Shown: positions 18,815 through 28,539, counted from the first letter of the stretch. The stretch is DNA of 64,000 nt from Candidatus Oxydemutator sp. (GCA_965203445.1 OZ241883.1:960001-1024000); one strand, 5' to 3'. The notes: a model not told the origin generated them from the sequence alone. A program made the numbers and translations.

Positions 18815-19870
18815 TCAGGCGCCCCGTATAGGGCCCACGACGGCCAGCATGTCGTCGTGTATGCGCTTCCAGTGTCGGCCAAGATCAATGCCGCGCGCGC
18901 GTATCGGGAACCCCTCGAGGCACACGTCCACCTGGATCGGTTGGTGCACCACGGGGTAGAGCAGGATGCCCTCGTGTCTGGGGCCGGGTCTGGTCGCCTC
19001 GCGGTTGCGCAGATAGGCCAGCAGTTGATACAGGTGTCCCGAGCGCAGTTTTCTGGTCTCATGGTGACGGCTGAACGCCTCCTTGTAGTATTTGCAGTCG
19101 AGGATGATGCGCCGCTTCCGGTCCTTTGATTCCAGCAGCACGTCGCTTTTCATGTCGGGAATCATGCGGCGTTGCTCTTGCGTCGTGCCCTCGTCGTGCC
19201 ATTGGATTTTTTTGCCGTGCCCGACGCGAAACGTGCCCTGCTCGCGGCGATAAAACTCGGCGACGAAGTCCTCGAACAATTTCGACATCCGCGCTTCGTC
19301 TTTGCGGAAATCGAAAAATTGCACGCGCCCGGATTTTTCCTCGACGAATAATTGCTCGTGTATCAGCCGGCACACGAACATCAGGAAGCGGTAGAAACGG
19401 CGGTTGCGGTCGAGCTGCACCTGCCGGAACAGCCGCCGGTGCAGGCGCACGGGGCTTACGCCCTCGAGTTTCTGATACGCGATTTTGACGTCGGCCCGCA
19501 CGTCCTTGTCCACGTCCGGCAGTTGCAGCAGCGCGCCCAAGGTCGAGCGCAGGATGCGGTTGTGGAGCACATCGTGCGACAGCTGCTCGAATTCGCACAG
19601 CGTGCGGCTGCGCGCGCGCAACGCGCGTTTGGCGGTCTCGCTGATCAGCAACTTGCCGCGGATGCCGGGCAGTTCCTCGCGCACTTCGCGGTAGCCGCGA
19701 TCCAGGCCCTTGCGGATCAGGCGAAACGTCCCTTCGGCCAGCACCTTGCCGAGCAGGTGGTGGGTCTCGCTCAGCCCCTCAAGCTCGTGCAGGCGACGCT
19801 CGCCGGCTTCCTCGACGTGCTTCCATGCGTAGCACAACAGATAGTAGACGTTCGCAATCGGGATGGCCAC
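18815..19870 (-). CDS. mcrC: McrC-family restriction nuclease subunit
   Basis: IPIANVYYLLCYAW, LFEDFV, SDVLL...ILDCKYY, LYQLLAY. Confidence 0.92.
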   Translation of the reverse strand: MAIPIANVYYLLCYAWKHVEEAGERRLHELEGLSETHHLLGKVLAEGTFRLIRKGLDRGYREVREELPGIRGKLLISETAKRALRARSRTLCEFEQLSHDVLHNRILRSTLGALLQLPDVDKDVRADVKIAYQKLEGVSPVRLHRRLFRQVQLDRNRRFYRFLMFVCRLIHEQLFVEEKSGRVQFFDFRKDEARMSKLFEDFVAEFYRREQGTFRVGHGKKIQWHDEGTTQEQRRMIPDMKSDVLLESKDRKRRIILDCKYYKEAFSRHHETRKLRSGHLYQLLAYLRNREATRPGPRHEGILLYPVVHQPIQVDVCLEGFPIRARGIDLGRHWKRIHDDMLAVVGPIRGA

Positions 19871-19879
19871 CGGGCACGG

Positions 19880-21643
19880 TCATTGCCGCAGCAACGCCAG
19901 CAGGTCGTGAACCTTTTCGGGGTGGTCGAACCAGTACTCGCGCAGCAACGGTTCGATCTGGGTGGCGATGACGTTCTCAAGCCAGTCTTCGTACTCAGCC
20001 GGCTGCTCTTCCGCTTGCTCATCGGGCACAAAGAATTTTTTATCGGGCACGAAGAAACTGTGGCCGATCTCAAAGCCATGCCCGAGGTCTTTTTCGTCGC
20101 GGATGCGGCTATTGATCTCGGACATGCCGTTTGTAATCTTTTTCACAAGCGCCTTGTCCACTTCTTTGGCGCGCAGATATTCTTCGAACTTGTAGGTGCC
20201 GGAGTCGGTGTCGAACGCGGGACGCAATTCCGCGAACGCGAACCGCCGGCGCAGCGCGTAGTCCACCATTGCAAGAGAGCGGTCGGCGGTGTTCATCAGG
20301 CCGAGAATGTGCACGTTTTCCGGCACCGAGAAACGCTCGTCGGGGTTGCCGTAAAGCAACGGAATCGCATAGTCCCGGCCGCGTTTGTCGGCCTCGATCA
20401 GCATCAGCAACTCGCCGAATATGCGCGACAGATTGCCGCGGTTGATCTCGTCTATGATGAACGTGAACGGCACGTCCGGTTTTTGTTCGGCGCGTTTGCA
20501 GAACTCGAAGAACACGCCGTTTTTGCGGGTAAAGCCGCCTTGCTCGTTCGGCCGCCACCCCTGCACGAAGTCCTCGTAGGCGTACGACTGATGGAACTGC
20601 ACCATCTCGACCGGATCCGGGTCTTCGCGCCCGATCAGACACCACGCGATGCGCTTGGCGATGAAGGTTTTGCCGACGCCGGGCGGCCCTTGCAGAATCA
20701 GATTCTTGCGGTCTTTGATCGCTCGTAAAATACGCTCGAACTGCTCGTCACTGACAAAGATGTCGTCGAGGGCTGAATTGAGGTCGTAACGCTTCTTATC
20801 AGGTTTGGGATCGGGTTCAGGGTCGGGAGAGGGCTTGGGGAGCCACCAATCTTTATACGGTTGTTGGTAGAAGTCTATTTCCTTACCGGGATGCTCTCTC
20901 TCAAGCTGCTCCCGAACTTTGAGCACCGCCCGATCCACTTCGATCGTCGTGCATTTGCGGTAATCTACGTCCGCTTTGTGTCCCCATTTTTTGTGGAACT
21001 CCACGATGATATGGCGTTTGTGTTTTTTTGATACCGTCAGTTCAAACGAATCGGGAAACAGCAGGAACAGGAAAATATGTCTGAGCTGGCGCCTCTCGGA
21101 ACCTTTTCGGGCGTCGAGCCATGCGGCGAATTTCCATGGGTCGGACAGCAACTCTTCCCTCTGCTCGCGGGAGAGACGGGAGAACCAATCGCCCATGGTG
21201 TCGACGAAGAATGCAAATTCGAGCCATTTGTATGTGTTAAAGGCAGTGCCGGGATTTACCGTTCCTTTTGCCAGAAGATCGCCTAATGCCCAATTGCGGC
21301 CCGGGAGATCTTTCCCGGACCACTCCCAGGCTTGTTTGATGTGATCATGCTTGGTTTGCCGTCTGAGACTATCTCTGGATACAATCAGATACAGCACCCA
21401 TGTCATTTCCGCCCATAGGCATTTGGCCGCCGGAGAAGCAGGTTCCAGCTGACGCTCCAACTTGTCATGAAATTTTTCCGTGCCTGCGTCGGGGTTCTCA
21501 ACATAGTGCTCCCGCAGCTGTTCAAAATTCTCCGAAGTCCACAACTTTTCATCCGTGAACACCGACCCGCCTCCCAGCAGGCAGCGTTTTTTCCACTGTT
21601 CGGCGGCGGCAAGCACGGCCTCGGCGCGTTTCAATCGGCTCAT
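19880..21643 (-). CDS. mcrB: McrB-family AAA+ GTPase with an unrecognised N-terminal specificity domain
   Basis: GPPGVGKT, QFHQSYAYEDFVQG, IIDEINRGN, MNTADRS, DYALRRRF. Confidence 0.93.
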   Translation of the reverse strand: MSRLKRAEAVLAAAEQWKKRCLLGGGSVFTDEKLWTSENFEQLREHYVENPDAGTEKFHDKLERQLEPASPAAKCLWAEMTWVLYLIVSRDSLRRQTKHDHIKQAWEWSGKDLPGRNWALGDLLAKGTVNPGTAFNTYKWLEFAFFVDTMGDWFSRLSREQREELLSDPWKFAAWLDARKGSERRQLRHIFLFLLFPDSFELTVSKKHKRHIIVEFHKKWGHKADVDYRKCTTIEVDRAVLKVREQLEREHPGKEIDFYQQPYKDWWLPKPSPDPEPDPKPDKKRYDLNSALDDIFVSDEQFERILRAIKDRKNLILQGPPGVGKTFIAKRIAWCLIGREDPDPVEMVQFHQSYAYEDFVQGWRPNEQGGFTRKNGVFFEFCKRAEQKPDVPFTFIIDEINRGNLSRIFGELLMLIEADKRGRDYAIPLLYGNPDERFSVPENVHILGLMNTADRSLAMVDYALRRRFAFAELRPAFDTDSGTYKFEEYLRAKEVDKALVKKITNGMSEINSRIRDEKDLGHGFEIGHSFFVPDKKFFVPDEQAEEQPAEYEDWLENVIATQIEPLLREYWFDHPEKVHDLLALLRQ

Positions 21644-21747
21644 CGGAGATTCTTGTGTCTGGTGTCGGAGGTGTGGGAGCGATTTTCGATTATAAGCCGC
21701 CCTTCCGCTGGTTGTCCATGAGAAAAACAAAAGCGCCGCCGCCATCC

Positions 21748-21782
21748 GTTGCAATTCTGCGTTTCAAATGCATAATTACAAC
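21748..21782. promoter_or_regulatory. Imperfect palindrome spanning putative -35/-10 of the ATPase gene
   Basis: GTTGCAATTCTGCGTTT-C-AAATGCATAATTACAAC (14/17), ends 2 nt before ATG; contains TTGCAA and CATAAT. Confidence 0.55.
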
Positions 21783-21784
21783 AA

Positions 21785-23008
21785 ATGAAAGGCTATATCA
21801 AACGTTCGCTCGAACCGGTCCTGCGCAAGGCCGCCGCCGAGTTTCCCGCCGTGGTTCTGACCGGCCCGCGTCAGTCCGGCAAGACGACGCTGCTTCGACG
21901 CCTGTTCGACAAGCGTTGCCGGTATGTATCCCTGGAACCGCCGGACGTCCGTGCGGCCGCGTCGCAGGACCCGCGCGGCTTTCTCGCAATGCACGCGCCA
22001 CCGGTGATCTTCGACGAGATACAGCACGTCCCCGACCTGCTCCCATACATCAAGGAGAAAATTGACGCGCACCGCCACCGCCGCGGCCAGTACCTGCTGA
22101 CCGGCTCGCAAAACCTGGCGCTCGCCGAGCAAGTGACCGAATCGCTGGCGGGGCGCACTGCGCTGCTTCGCCTGCTGCCGCTGTCCAGGCGCGAGGCCGA
22201 GGGGCGGGCGCAGCTGTCTTTGCCGTGGGAACGCAAGCGCCGGGCGGCGCGAACGGCGACGCCGCATGCGTTCGCCAGGTTATGGAAAGGCTTTCTGCGC
22301 GGCGGCTATCCCGAACTGACGGCGCAGCCCAGGCGCGACGCATCCCTCTGGCACGCCGGCTACATCCAGACGTACCTGGAACGCGACGTGCGCACGCTTA
22401 GGCAGGTCGGCGACCTGACCCAATACCAGAGCTTTCTCCGGCTGCTCGCGGCCAGAAGCGCCCAGCTCCTGAACCTGACCGAAGTCGCAAGAGACCTCGG
22501 CGTTGCCGTCAACACCGTCAAGGCATGGCTTTCGGTGCTGGAGGCCACCTGCCAGGTGATCGTGCTGCGTCCGTACTTCGCCAACGTCGGCAGGCGTCTC
22601 GTCAAGACGCCGAAGGTATATTTCGCCGACACCGGCACGCTGTGCCATCTTGCCGGCCTCAAGAATATCGAGCACGCCGCCGCCGGCCCGATGGGGGGAG
22701 CGATTATCGAGACCGCGGTGCTTTCCGAGATCGTCAAGACGCTCGCGCACCGAGGGTCGGGGGAGCAGGTCTATTTCTGGAGGACCGCGGCCGGGGCGGA
22801 AGTGGATTTCGTCGTCGAAAGCGGCGGCGGACTCGTTCCCGTAGAGGTGAAACTTTCCGCCACGCCGTCTTTGCGTATGGCGGCGTCCATCGCCGCATTC
22901 CAAAAAAGTTTGGGCGCCGCCGCTCTGCCCGGATACGTCGTGCACCCGGGCGACATGCGCCTGCCCCTCGGAAACGACGCAACGGCCCTTCCGTTCAGCG
23001 ACCTGTAG
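21785..23008 (+). CDS. AAA_14 ATPase with HTH and DUF4143 C-terminus
   Basis: GPRQSGKT, FDEIQ, TESLAGR, EVDFV...PVEVK. Confidence 0.9.
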   Translation: MKGYIKRSLEPVLRKAAAEFPAVVLTGPRQSGKTTLLRRLFDKRCRYVSLEPPDVRAAASQDPRGFLAMHAPPVIFDEIQHVPDLLPYIKEKIDAHRHRRGQYLLTGSQNLALAEQVTESLAGRTALLRLLPLSRREAEGRAQLSLPWERKRRAARTATPHAFARLWKGFLRGGYPELTAQPRRDASLWHAGYIQTYLERDVRTLRQVGDLTQYQSFLRLLAARSAQLLNLTEVARDLGVAVNTVKAWLSVLEATCQVIVLRPYFANVGRRLVKTPKVYFADTGTLCHLAGLKNIEHAAAGPMGGAIIETAVLSEIVKTLAHRGSGEQVYFWRTAAGAEVDFVVESGGGLVPVEVKLSATPSLRMAASIAAFQKSLGAAALPGYVVHPGDMRLPLGNDATALPFSDL

Positions 23009-23035
23009 CAAGGCTTGCCGTCGCGCTTCCCAACG

Positions 23036-23128
23036 CGCCCTATCCGGCCTCTTTCAACGCCCGCATAAAATCGTCGCGCCAACCCGCAAAGTCCGCGACA
23101 TAGTTATAACCGCGTTATAACCGCACAC
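23036..23128. repeat. Direct repeat of the 3' end of the rubredoxin-MBL gene (other copy 25925-26006)
   Basis: About 82 bp with 3 substitutions, plus an internal 11-bp duplication GTTATAACCGC. Confidence 0.93.
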
Positions 23129-23131
23129 AAA

Positions 23132-23177
23132 TTGACATGAAATGCCGTGCGCGGTATTGTTCAGACGTCTGGACGTC
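23132..23177 (+). promoter_or_regulatory. Sigma70 promoter of the MTase with tandem GACGTC sites at the start site
   Basis: TTGACA(23132)-N17-TATTGT(23155); GACGTC at 23164 and 23172. Confidence 0.7.
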
Positions 23178-23191
23178 TATGTTGCCGCCCC

Positions 23192-24373
23192 ATGAACTGG
23201 AAAACCGACCGCAATCCCCCCGGCCAAGTGCGCGACGCCATCTTACAAGTGCTCGCGCTGTCGTCAATGCCGTTGCCAATCAGAGAAATCGAGGATCGGA
23301 TACAAAAAATAGCCGGGCCGACGCCTTCTTCTTCGATAAGGTCTTACTTGAGATTGAACACGCCGGGTCTTTTCGTCAGGGAAGGGCGCGGTATCTACAG
23401 CCTGCGGGCACGAGGCGCCGAAGATGCCCAACGGAAGCTCGCGTACCCAAGACAATGGAAAGAGCATTTTCGTTACGGCAAATCCACGCTGGTACACGCC
23501 GACTCCTTCGACTGGATACAGCGCCGGGAAGCGAACAGCATTCATGCGGTGGTAACCGATCCTCCATACGGCCTGCACGAATATACGCCTGAGCAACAAC
23601 GAAAATTGCGCAATGGCAAGGGCGGCGTCTGGCGCATTCCGCCCTCCTTCGACGGTGGCAGGCGCTCTCCTCTGCCGCGGTTCACGACACTCACGCAAGA
23701 GCAACTGGAACGGCTGAGGTCGTTCTTTCTGGCCTGGGGAAAGTTGTTGCTTCCGAAGCTCGTCCCCGGCGCCCACGTCGTCGTCGCCTCCAATCCCCTG
23801 CTTTCCCATATCGTTTCCGTCGCTCTTGCCGATGCCGGTCTCGAAAGAAGAGGCGAGATCGTGCGCCTGACCATGACCATGCGCGGCGGAGATCGTCCCA
23901 AGGCGGCGCAAGAAGAATTCAGCGATGTCAGTGCAATGCCGCGCTCGATGTGGGAACCGTGGGTTGTATATCGGAAACCTCTCGAGGGCCGCGTACAAGA
24001 CAATCTGCGCAAATGGAAAACGGGAGGCTTTCGCCGACCTGAGTCGAACAAGCCTTTCGGAGACGTCGTTGCATCAGGCCCCACGAGAAAGAGCGAAAAG
24101 GCCTTCGCGCCCCATCCGAGCCTGAAACCCCAGTCGTTCATGAGGCAGATCGTCCACGCTGCATTGCCGTTGGGGAAGGGCGTGATTCTCGATCCATTCG
24201 CCGGTTCCGGCGCCACCCTGGCCGCGGCCGAAGCGGTCGGCTATGCCAGCATCGGCATAGAGAAAGATCCCGACTTTTTCTCGCTGGCCCGCGAAGCGCT
24301 GCCGAAACTCGCCGCACTCAAAACGAACGGTGTCGCTAAAGTATGTATATCCAGCTATCCCGAAGCTTTTTGA
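23192..24373 (+). CDS. Beta-class N4/N6 DNA methyltransferase with N-terminal HTH-like domain
   Basis: VVTDPPY before HPSLKP and LDPFAGSG; N-terminal about 70 aa helical/winged-helix-like. Confidence 0.9.
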   Translation: MNWKTDRNPPGQVRDAILQVLALSSMPLPIREIEDRIQKIAGPTPSSSIRSYLRLNTPGLFVREGRGIYSLRARGAEDAQRKLAYPRQWKEHFRYGKSTLVHADSFDWIQRREANSIHAVVTDPPYGLHEYTPEQQRKLRNGKGGVWRIPPSFDGGRRSPLPRFTTLTQEQLERLRSFFLAWGKLLLPKLVPGAHVVVASNPLLSHIVSVALADAGLERRGEIVRLTMTMRGGDRPKAAQEEFSDVSAMPRSMWEPWVVYRKPLEGRVQDNLRKWKTGGFRRPESNKPFGDVVASGPTRKSEKAFAPHPSLKPQSFMRQIVHAALPLGKGVILDPFAGSGATLAAAEAVGYASIGIEKDPDFFSLAREALPKLAALKTNGVAKVCISSYPEAF

Positions 24374-24707
24374 TGCCGTCCTTGTGCAACGTCGCAGTGC
24401 GCGTTCCCAATTCCCCCCTGGGATTTTTGCGGAAATCATCCGTCGTGACTTTTGCCAGATAAACCTCAGTGAAAGACATCGGTTCCCTGTCCGTGGCCGG
24501 TTCGGAGGCGCTGTCCACCTTATAAACGAAAACACACATCCATTGTTCTCTGGCGCCATCGCTACAACCACGTCAGGCCGCATAGCTCTTTGGGCTATGT
24601 TGCACCAGCGGCATTCCTGAAGAATACCGCCGCCTGATACAATGGAATTTCTCTCAATGACTGTGGCCCTAATTCAGGGGGAAGGTCAAACCGAGAGCGA
24701 CGAAGCG

Positions 24708-25061
24708 ATGAAGGAGAAAACAATGACCCAACCAAAAGAGACAGCAATGATGAAACTGACTTATGTGTTGTCGCTGGCGCTGCTGATGATTGTGTTTCTC
24801 ATCAATCTGGCCGCGTCGCTCACGGGGCTTGTTTATTTCCCCGTGTGGGTTATCAGCGCTGCTGTTTTCTCACCGGTGGCACACTCACAAGCAAAGAAGC
24901 GTGGACGACACCATCTGATATGGACAATGTGGACGGCGCTGGGAGCGCCCATTTTCACCAATATCCTGTTGCTGGTACTGGGCAACACCGACGAGCAAAA
25001 CGAAGCGAACTGGAAGCGCCAGGCCGACGCCATCGCAAAGGCCGCAAAGCAAAACCCCTGA
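24708..25061 (+). CDS. Small hypothetical membrane protein
   Basis: Three hydrophobic segments; AAGGAG before alternative ATG 24723; no recognisable family. Confidence 0.55.
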   Translation: MKEKTMTQPKETAMMKLTYVLSLALLMIVFLINLAASLTGLVYFPVWVISAAVFSPVAHSQAKKRGRHHLIWTMWTALGAPIFTNILLLVLGNTDEQNEANWKRQADAIAKAAKQNP

Positions 25062-25145
25062 ATTCCCCCCTACCCCTACCCTATCCGACCCTCTGATCGT
25101 GCGCCCTGGGCGATTTGAGGGCGTCTTTTCTCGACGACGGGCCAG

Positions 25146-25175
25146 AAAAAAGCCCCCAAGCCGAAACTTGGGGGC
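25146..25175 (-). terminator. Rho-independent terminator
   Basis: GCCCCCAAG-CCGAAA-CTTGGGGGC stem followed by a T-run on the minus strand. Confidence 0.7.
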
Positions 25176-25251
25176 CTGGCGCCGGGTCGAAAGCCAGCGC
25201 CATTTATGGCTTCAGGAACCGTGTTTCAATACTGCTGAACCGATTTGACGA

Positions 25252-25383
25252 TTAGTAATAATCGGTGCCCAGCCTTCCCTGCTCAACAATCACGTAATCG
25301 GCGTTCATCTCGACAAGATTGGCTGATACAGCACAACCGGCGATCATCGAGACAGCCAACAAAATTAGCAGAATGTTCCACAT
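25252..25383 (-). CDS. 43-aa putative lipoprotein (possibly truncated)
   Basis: MWNILLILLAVSMIAGC lipobox; G-rich RBS; below the ORF-track cutoff. Confidence 0.45.
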   Translation of the reverse strand: MWNILLILLAVSMIAGCAVSANLVEMNADYVIVEQGRLGTDYY

Positions 25384-25928
25384 ACAGTCCCCCCCGGCTC
25401 CAGGACATCTGTTGACGCAGATGCCCTTGGCGACTGTTCATTGGTGTTGGTTTGGGACAACGAACAGCGCAGATAAGCGTAGCACGCCTTCTGATGCTTT
25501 GTCATTACTCCCTTCCCCTTTGAAAGCCGATGTGCGGTCAAGGCGACCCGCGCGTGTGAAACATCACGCGTGATGGGGCGCAAACCAAAGTCGTCGCCAT
25601 GTGCGACGGGGCAATGCTTGGGTTCGGTGTTGGAGCATTGCAGGAGAGCCGATCAGGAACCGAAATCAGGGAGAGCGCCACTGCTCCTGAAACAATGGGT
25701 GCAATGTCGAAGTGAGGGCGTAGATGACAGAGGATTGATTGATATCATCCATGCGTTGCAATCCTCTGGCGATGAGGTGGGAATTTACGTCGTAGAAAAA
25801 GTCATACACGTCCTGCATGGCCATTTGGAAATCCTGCCAACGCAGATCGTACGGCAACCCAGGTTTGGCGTTGAACTTGGAAATATCAACGGTGTTGCGT
25901 CGTATGGCCATAGCAACGGGTGCTCGCC

Positions 25929-26636
25929 CTATCCGGCCTCTTTCAACGCCCGCACAAAATCGTCGCGCCAATCCGCAAAGTCCGCGACGTAGTTATAACC
26001 GCACACCGTCGCAAGCTCCCGCCCCTCGATAATCTCCAAAATCCGGGCGCCACCCTTGCGGGTGGCGTCGCCGTCCCCGTAGGGATTGAGCCGCATCGCG
26101 GCGCCGGGCGGAAACGCGTAGTCGCAGACGAACAGCACGTCGTCGTGGACGTAGATCGTAAAACCCGGCGTATGCCCGCCGATGTGCCACGCCGCAAGCG
26201 AACCGCGCCGGAAGTCGCCGTCGAATGCAACGTCGACGGGATGGGCGCGCGCCAGCGGATGCGCCGCGTCGAGCGCGTGCATATGCACTCGCGCGCCCCA
26301 CAGCGCTCGATACTGGTTCGACGCCCCCATAAAATGCGTGTGGGTGAACAAGATCGCGTCCACCGGATCGAGGTCGCGGTTGAAGGCCGACGGGCAGTCT
26401 ATCCAGACCGGCCCCTGATCGGTCTCGACGCGATAGGCCGCGTGTTCCAGCCCGAGGCGCGGTACCGACAGCAACTGCGTGACCCCGTCGGCGGCCGGCG
26501 TGGGCGTCACCCGATACATTTTCTCCGCCTGCGCCGCGCTCACGAACTGCTCGTGCCGCGCCCCGCAGAACGGGCACACGTCCGGGCGCTCGCCGATCAT
26601 GTTGTAGCCGCAGGCCTTGCAAACCCACTGTTCCAT
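25929..26636 (-). CDS. Rubredoxin-like domain fused to metallo-beta-lactamase fold
   Basis: WVCKACGY...CPFCG; FTHTH, GGHTPG, FVCD; GAGGAG RBS. Confidence 0.85.
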   Translation of the reverse strand: MEQWVCKACGYNMIGERPDVCPFCGARHEQFVSAAQAEKMYRVTPTPAADGVTQLLSVPRLGLEHAAYRVETDQGPVWIDCPSAFNRDLDPVDAILFTHTHFMGASNQYRALWGARVHMHALDAAHPLARAHPVDVAFDGDFRRGSLAAWHIGGHTPGFTIYVHDDVLFVCDYAFPPGAAMRLNPYGDGDATRKGGARILEIIEGRELATVCGYNYVADFADWRDDFVRALKEAG

Positions 26637-26794
26637 GTTGAATTCCCTCCTCGCCATCTGTTCGTGCCGCATTTGTACCGCGTTCGTGCCGTTCGTCAGA
26701 CCAAATAGTGCCGTTCGTCCGGTCTTTGCCGACATTGTAGCGTCTCGCATTTTATACCAGCGCTTTTCCCATACTATAATCTAAGGAGTTCCCT

Positions 26795-27040
26795 ATGACC
26801 GACATGGTAGATAATGTCCACAATCTGGAGAAGACTGGCATGACGCGCAAGCAGGCCGAGGCGGTGGCGAAGGTCATCCGCAGTGAGATAGCCGCAGCGC
26901 TGGAACCCGTCGTACAAAACATGGCGACGAAGGCCGAGATAGCCGAGCTCAGAAGCGAGATAGCGGCGAGCGACAAACATACGACGCTCGCCGTCGCCTT
27001 CGGCTGCGCCGCGATAGTCGCGGCGATCATCTTTGGTTGA
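26795..27040 (+). CDS. Small coiled-coil protein with C-terminal TM (DUF1640/CCDC90-like)
   Basis: LEKTGMTRKQAEA, MATKAEIAELRSEI, hydrophobic tail; TATAAT and AAGGAG upstream. Confidence 0.7.
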   Translation: MTDMVDNVHNLEKTGMTRKQAEAVAKVIRSEIAAALEPVVQNMATKAEIAELRSEIAASDKHTTLAVAFGCAAIVAAIIFG

Positions 27041-27154
27041 CAAAGAGTGGGCGAAGCGCGAACCACAGTCCGCCTCGACCTGCCCCACGAAAGGCACCCG
27101 CCCGCCGTCGTGCGACGTTGCGCAACTCCTTGTGCAGGCGCTTTGACGAACGCC
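26999..27154. repeat. Direct repeat with 28581-28756 (DUF1640-like gene 3' end plus decayed MTase 5' end)
   Basis: First 42 bp 40/42 identical, then patchy identity (CCCCACGAAAGGCA, GCAGGCGCTTTGACGA). Confidence 0.88.
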
Positions 27155-27168
27155 GAGGTTCCCACTTG

Positions 27169-28539
27169 ATGCAGACCACCCTGGAATATGAGGCTGTTTC
27201 CCGCCCGGGCAAAATCAGCAGCGAAGGCATCTTCCGCGACCCTGCTTTCATGGCCAATCGCGCAACACCGGTCCATCGGTGGGTGCCGTGGATCGCCGGC
27301 TACTCGCAGCACTTTGTCCAGGATGCGCTTGGCCGACATGGCGGCGACTACGGCACGGTGCTGGATCCATTCGCCGGCGTCGGCACCACCTTAGTCGAGG
27401 CAGACCGCGCCGGCCACGAAGCCATCGGCTTTGAAATCAACCCCTACGCGGCCTTCGCATCCCGAACCAAGCTGAAAGCTCACCGGATCGAGCCGCCGGC
27501 GCTTAGTGACGCCATCCGCCGGTTCCAGGAATTTCTGGATGATGCTGAAATCAAGGGCGCCGCGCCGCGCGCGAGGCCGCCAGTGGGCTTCCGCACTCGG
27601 TCGCCTTTCTACAGCCCGAAGGTGTTGCGCAAGGTTCTGCTCACTCAGGATTTCATTGCCGGTCAGCGAACGCAAATGGTGGCCGACGTCTTCCGTTTGG
27701 CTTTCGCCGCCACGATGGTGGAGTACTCGAACTACTCCTACGAACCCAGTCTCGGACGCAAGTCGACAGTTGGCCGACCGGAGGTCGAAGATTTTCCCGT
27801 CATGGAGACCATCGCGGCCAAAACGGCCCTGATGATGGAAGACGCCGACTGGTACCGCAAGGTGCGCAACCGCCGCCGCAGGAAGGACGGCCGCGTCTTG
27901 GCCAGGTCGTTCTTTGAAGGGTACCGTGAACTGGAACGTGAGAGCGTCGATCTCGTAGTCACCTCCCCCCCTTACCTGAACAACTACCATTACAACCGGA
28001 ATACGAGGCCACACCTCTACTGGCTCGGCTTCTGCGATTCCCCGCGCGACATGAAACGCCTTGAGGAGTTGAATTTCGGCACCTATTGGCAAAACGCCAG
28101 AGACCAGGAGCGGGTCGAACCCGCCCCGGAAATTCAAGACCGGGAAATCCTCGACACGATCGAGGAAGTGCGCTCCAGGAATCCCGAAAGAGGCATCTAC
28201 GGCGGTTCGGGCTGGGCCAACTACGCCACGCTCTATTTCAATGATTGCGTGAGGTTTGTCGCCGGCATGAAGTGGTGCCTTAGGCCCGGGGCCACGGCGT
28301 TGGCGGTCGTCGGCAACAGCATTCTGCAAGGGGTGCAAGTGCCCACGGATTGTTTCCTGGCCAAAATTGCCGAATCCCAGGGGTTGCAGGTCGTCGGCAT
28401 TCACGTCCCCCGCGACACCCGAGTAGGAAACAGCATAATCGGTTCAACCGTGCGCGCCGGCAAGGCCGAAAACGGCGCCCGCCTGTACGAATCGGTGGTC
28501 GAGTTGCGCCGACCGACCCGTATGGAACCTGTGCATTGA
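27169..28539 (+). CDS. Alpha-class N4-cytosine-type DNA methyltransferase
   Basis: VHRWVPWIAGYS, LDPFAGVGTT, VVTSPPY, VVGNS. Confidence 0.88.
   Translation: MQTTLEYEAVSRPGKISSEGIFRDPAFMANRATPVHRWVPWIAGYSQHFVQDALGRHGGDYGTVLDPFAGVGTTLVEADRAGHEAIGFEINPYAAFASRTKLKAHRIEPPALSDAIRRFQEFLDDAEIKGAAPRARPPVGFRTRSPFYSPKVLRKVLLTQDFIAGQRTQMVADVFRLAFAATMVEYSNYSYEPSLGRKSTVGRPEVEDFPVMETIAAKTALMMEDADWYRKVRNRRRRKDGRVLARSFFEGYRELERESVDLVVTSPPYLNNYHYNRNTRPHLYWLGFCDSPRDMKRLEELNFGTYWQNARDQERVEPAPEIQDREILDTIEEVRSRNPERGIYGGSGWANYATLYFNDCVRFVAGMKWCLRPGATALAVVGNSILQGVQVPTDCFLAKIAESQGLQVVGIHVPRDTRVGNSIIGSTVRAGKAENGARLYESVVELRRPTRMEPVH

Larger units (their letters stand above)
24336..25911 (-). pseudogene. Probable type II restriction endonuclease split by a ~1.2 kb foreign segment
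   Basis: N-part MAIRRNTVD...GLQRMDD (25911-~25742) and C-part GAREQWMCVFVY...LRDSWIYIL (~24557-24336), convergent on and overlapping the MTase. Confidence 0.6.
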
